A stretch of 64,000 nt of DNA, from assembly GCA_051294375.1 (NCBI GenBank), contig CM119265.1:14732963-14796962 (forward strand). The letters run 5' to 3'. This DNA comes from Paraspadella gotoi (lineage: Eukaryota; Animalia; Chaetognatha). This document shows positions 63,894 through 64,000 of this stretch, in pieces; the stretch's first letter is position 1; every line of letters starts with the position of its first letter. The position numbers and the translations under genes are program-made. The notes under the pieces were generated by a model. The model searched no databases. It was not told where the DNA came from and saw only the letters and a program-made list of their open reading frames with translations.

Positions 63894-64000
63894 AATAGCA
63901 GTCAGGTCTCATTTCTTTGTTTAAAAATCACTTTTTTTTCTGTTTATCCGGTCACTTTCCGTCCCATACACTCATCCCTTTCCTCCCCTTCCCCTCCCCT

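Overview
Eukaryotic DNA, probably invertebrate: AT-rich, rich in GA/TCG/GCC microsatellites, with no recognisable host gene and several signs of long-read gap filling. (1) 1-24300 is a ~22 kb imperfect palindrome (arms ~2369-13500 and ~13520-24300) plus a third copy of part of it at 1-2343. The copies differ mostly by single-base indels, so this is probably an assembly artefact. (2) 33000-51950 holds three copies of one Ty3/Gypsy-type LTR retrotransposon family. The best copy (+, ~43970-51936) reads gag-PR-RT-RNase H-[OTU-like domain lacking catalytic Cys/His]-integrase-env, and its env resembles chuvirus-type (class III) fusion glycoproteins. A heavily garbled paralog (-, ~33010-39100) keeps both extra modules. 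An internally deleted third copy (-, 39561-43970) is interrupted by a 2978 bp Chapaev-like non-autonomous DNA transposon (CACGG..CCGTG ends, TATG duplication, ~840 bp TIRs). (3) 53400-58100 has nested fragments of another Gypsy element (integrase tail, PPT, 213 bp LTR), an unrelated gag, a MITE-like segment and an L1/Tx1-like LINE fragment. Family assignments come from motif recognition by eye, not database searches.
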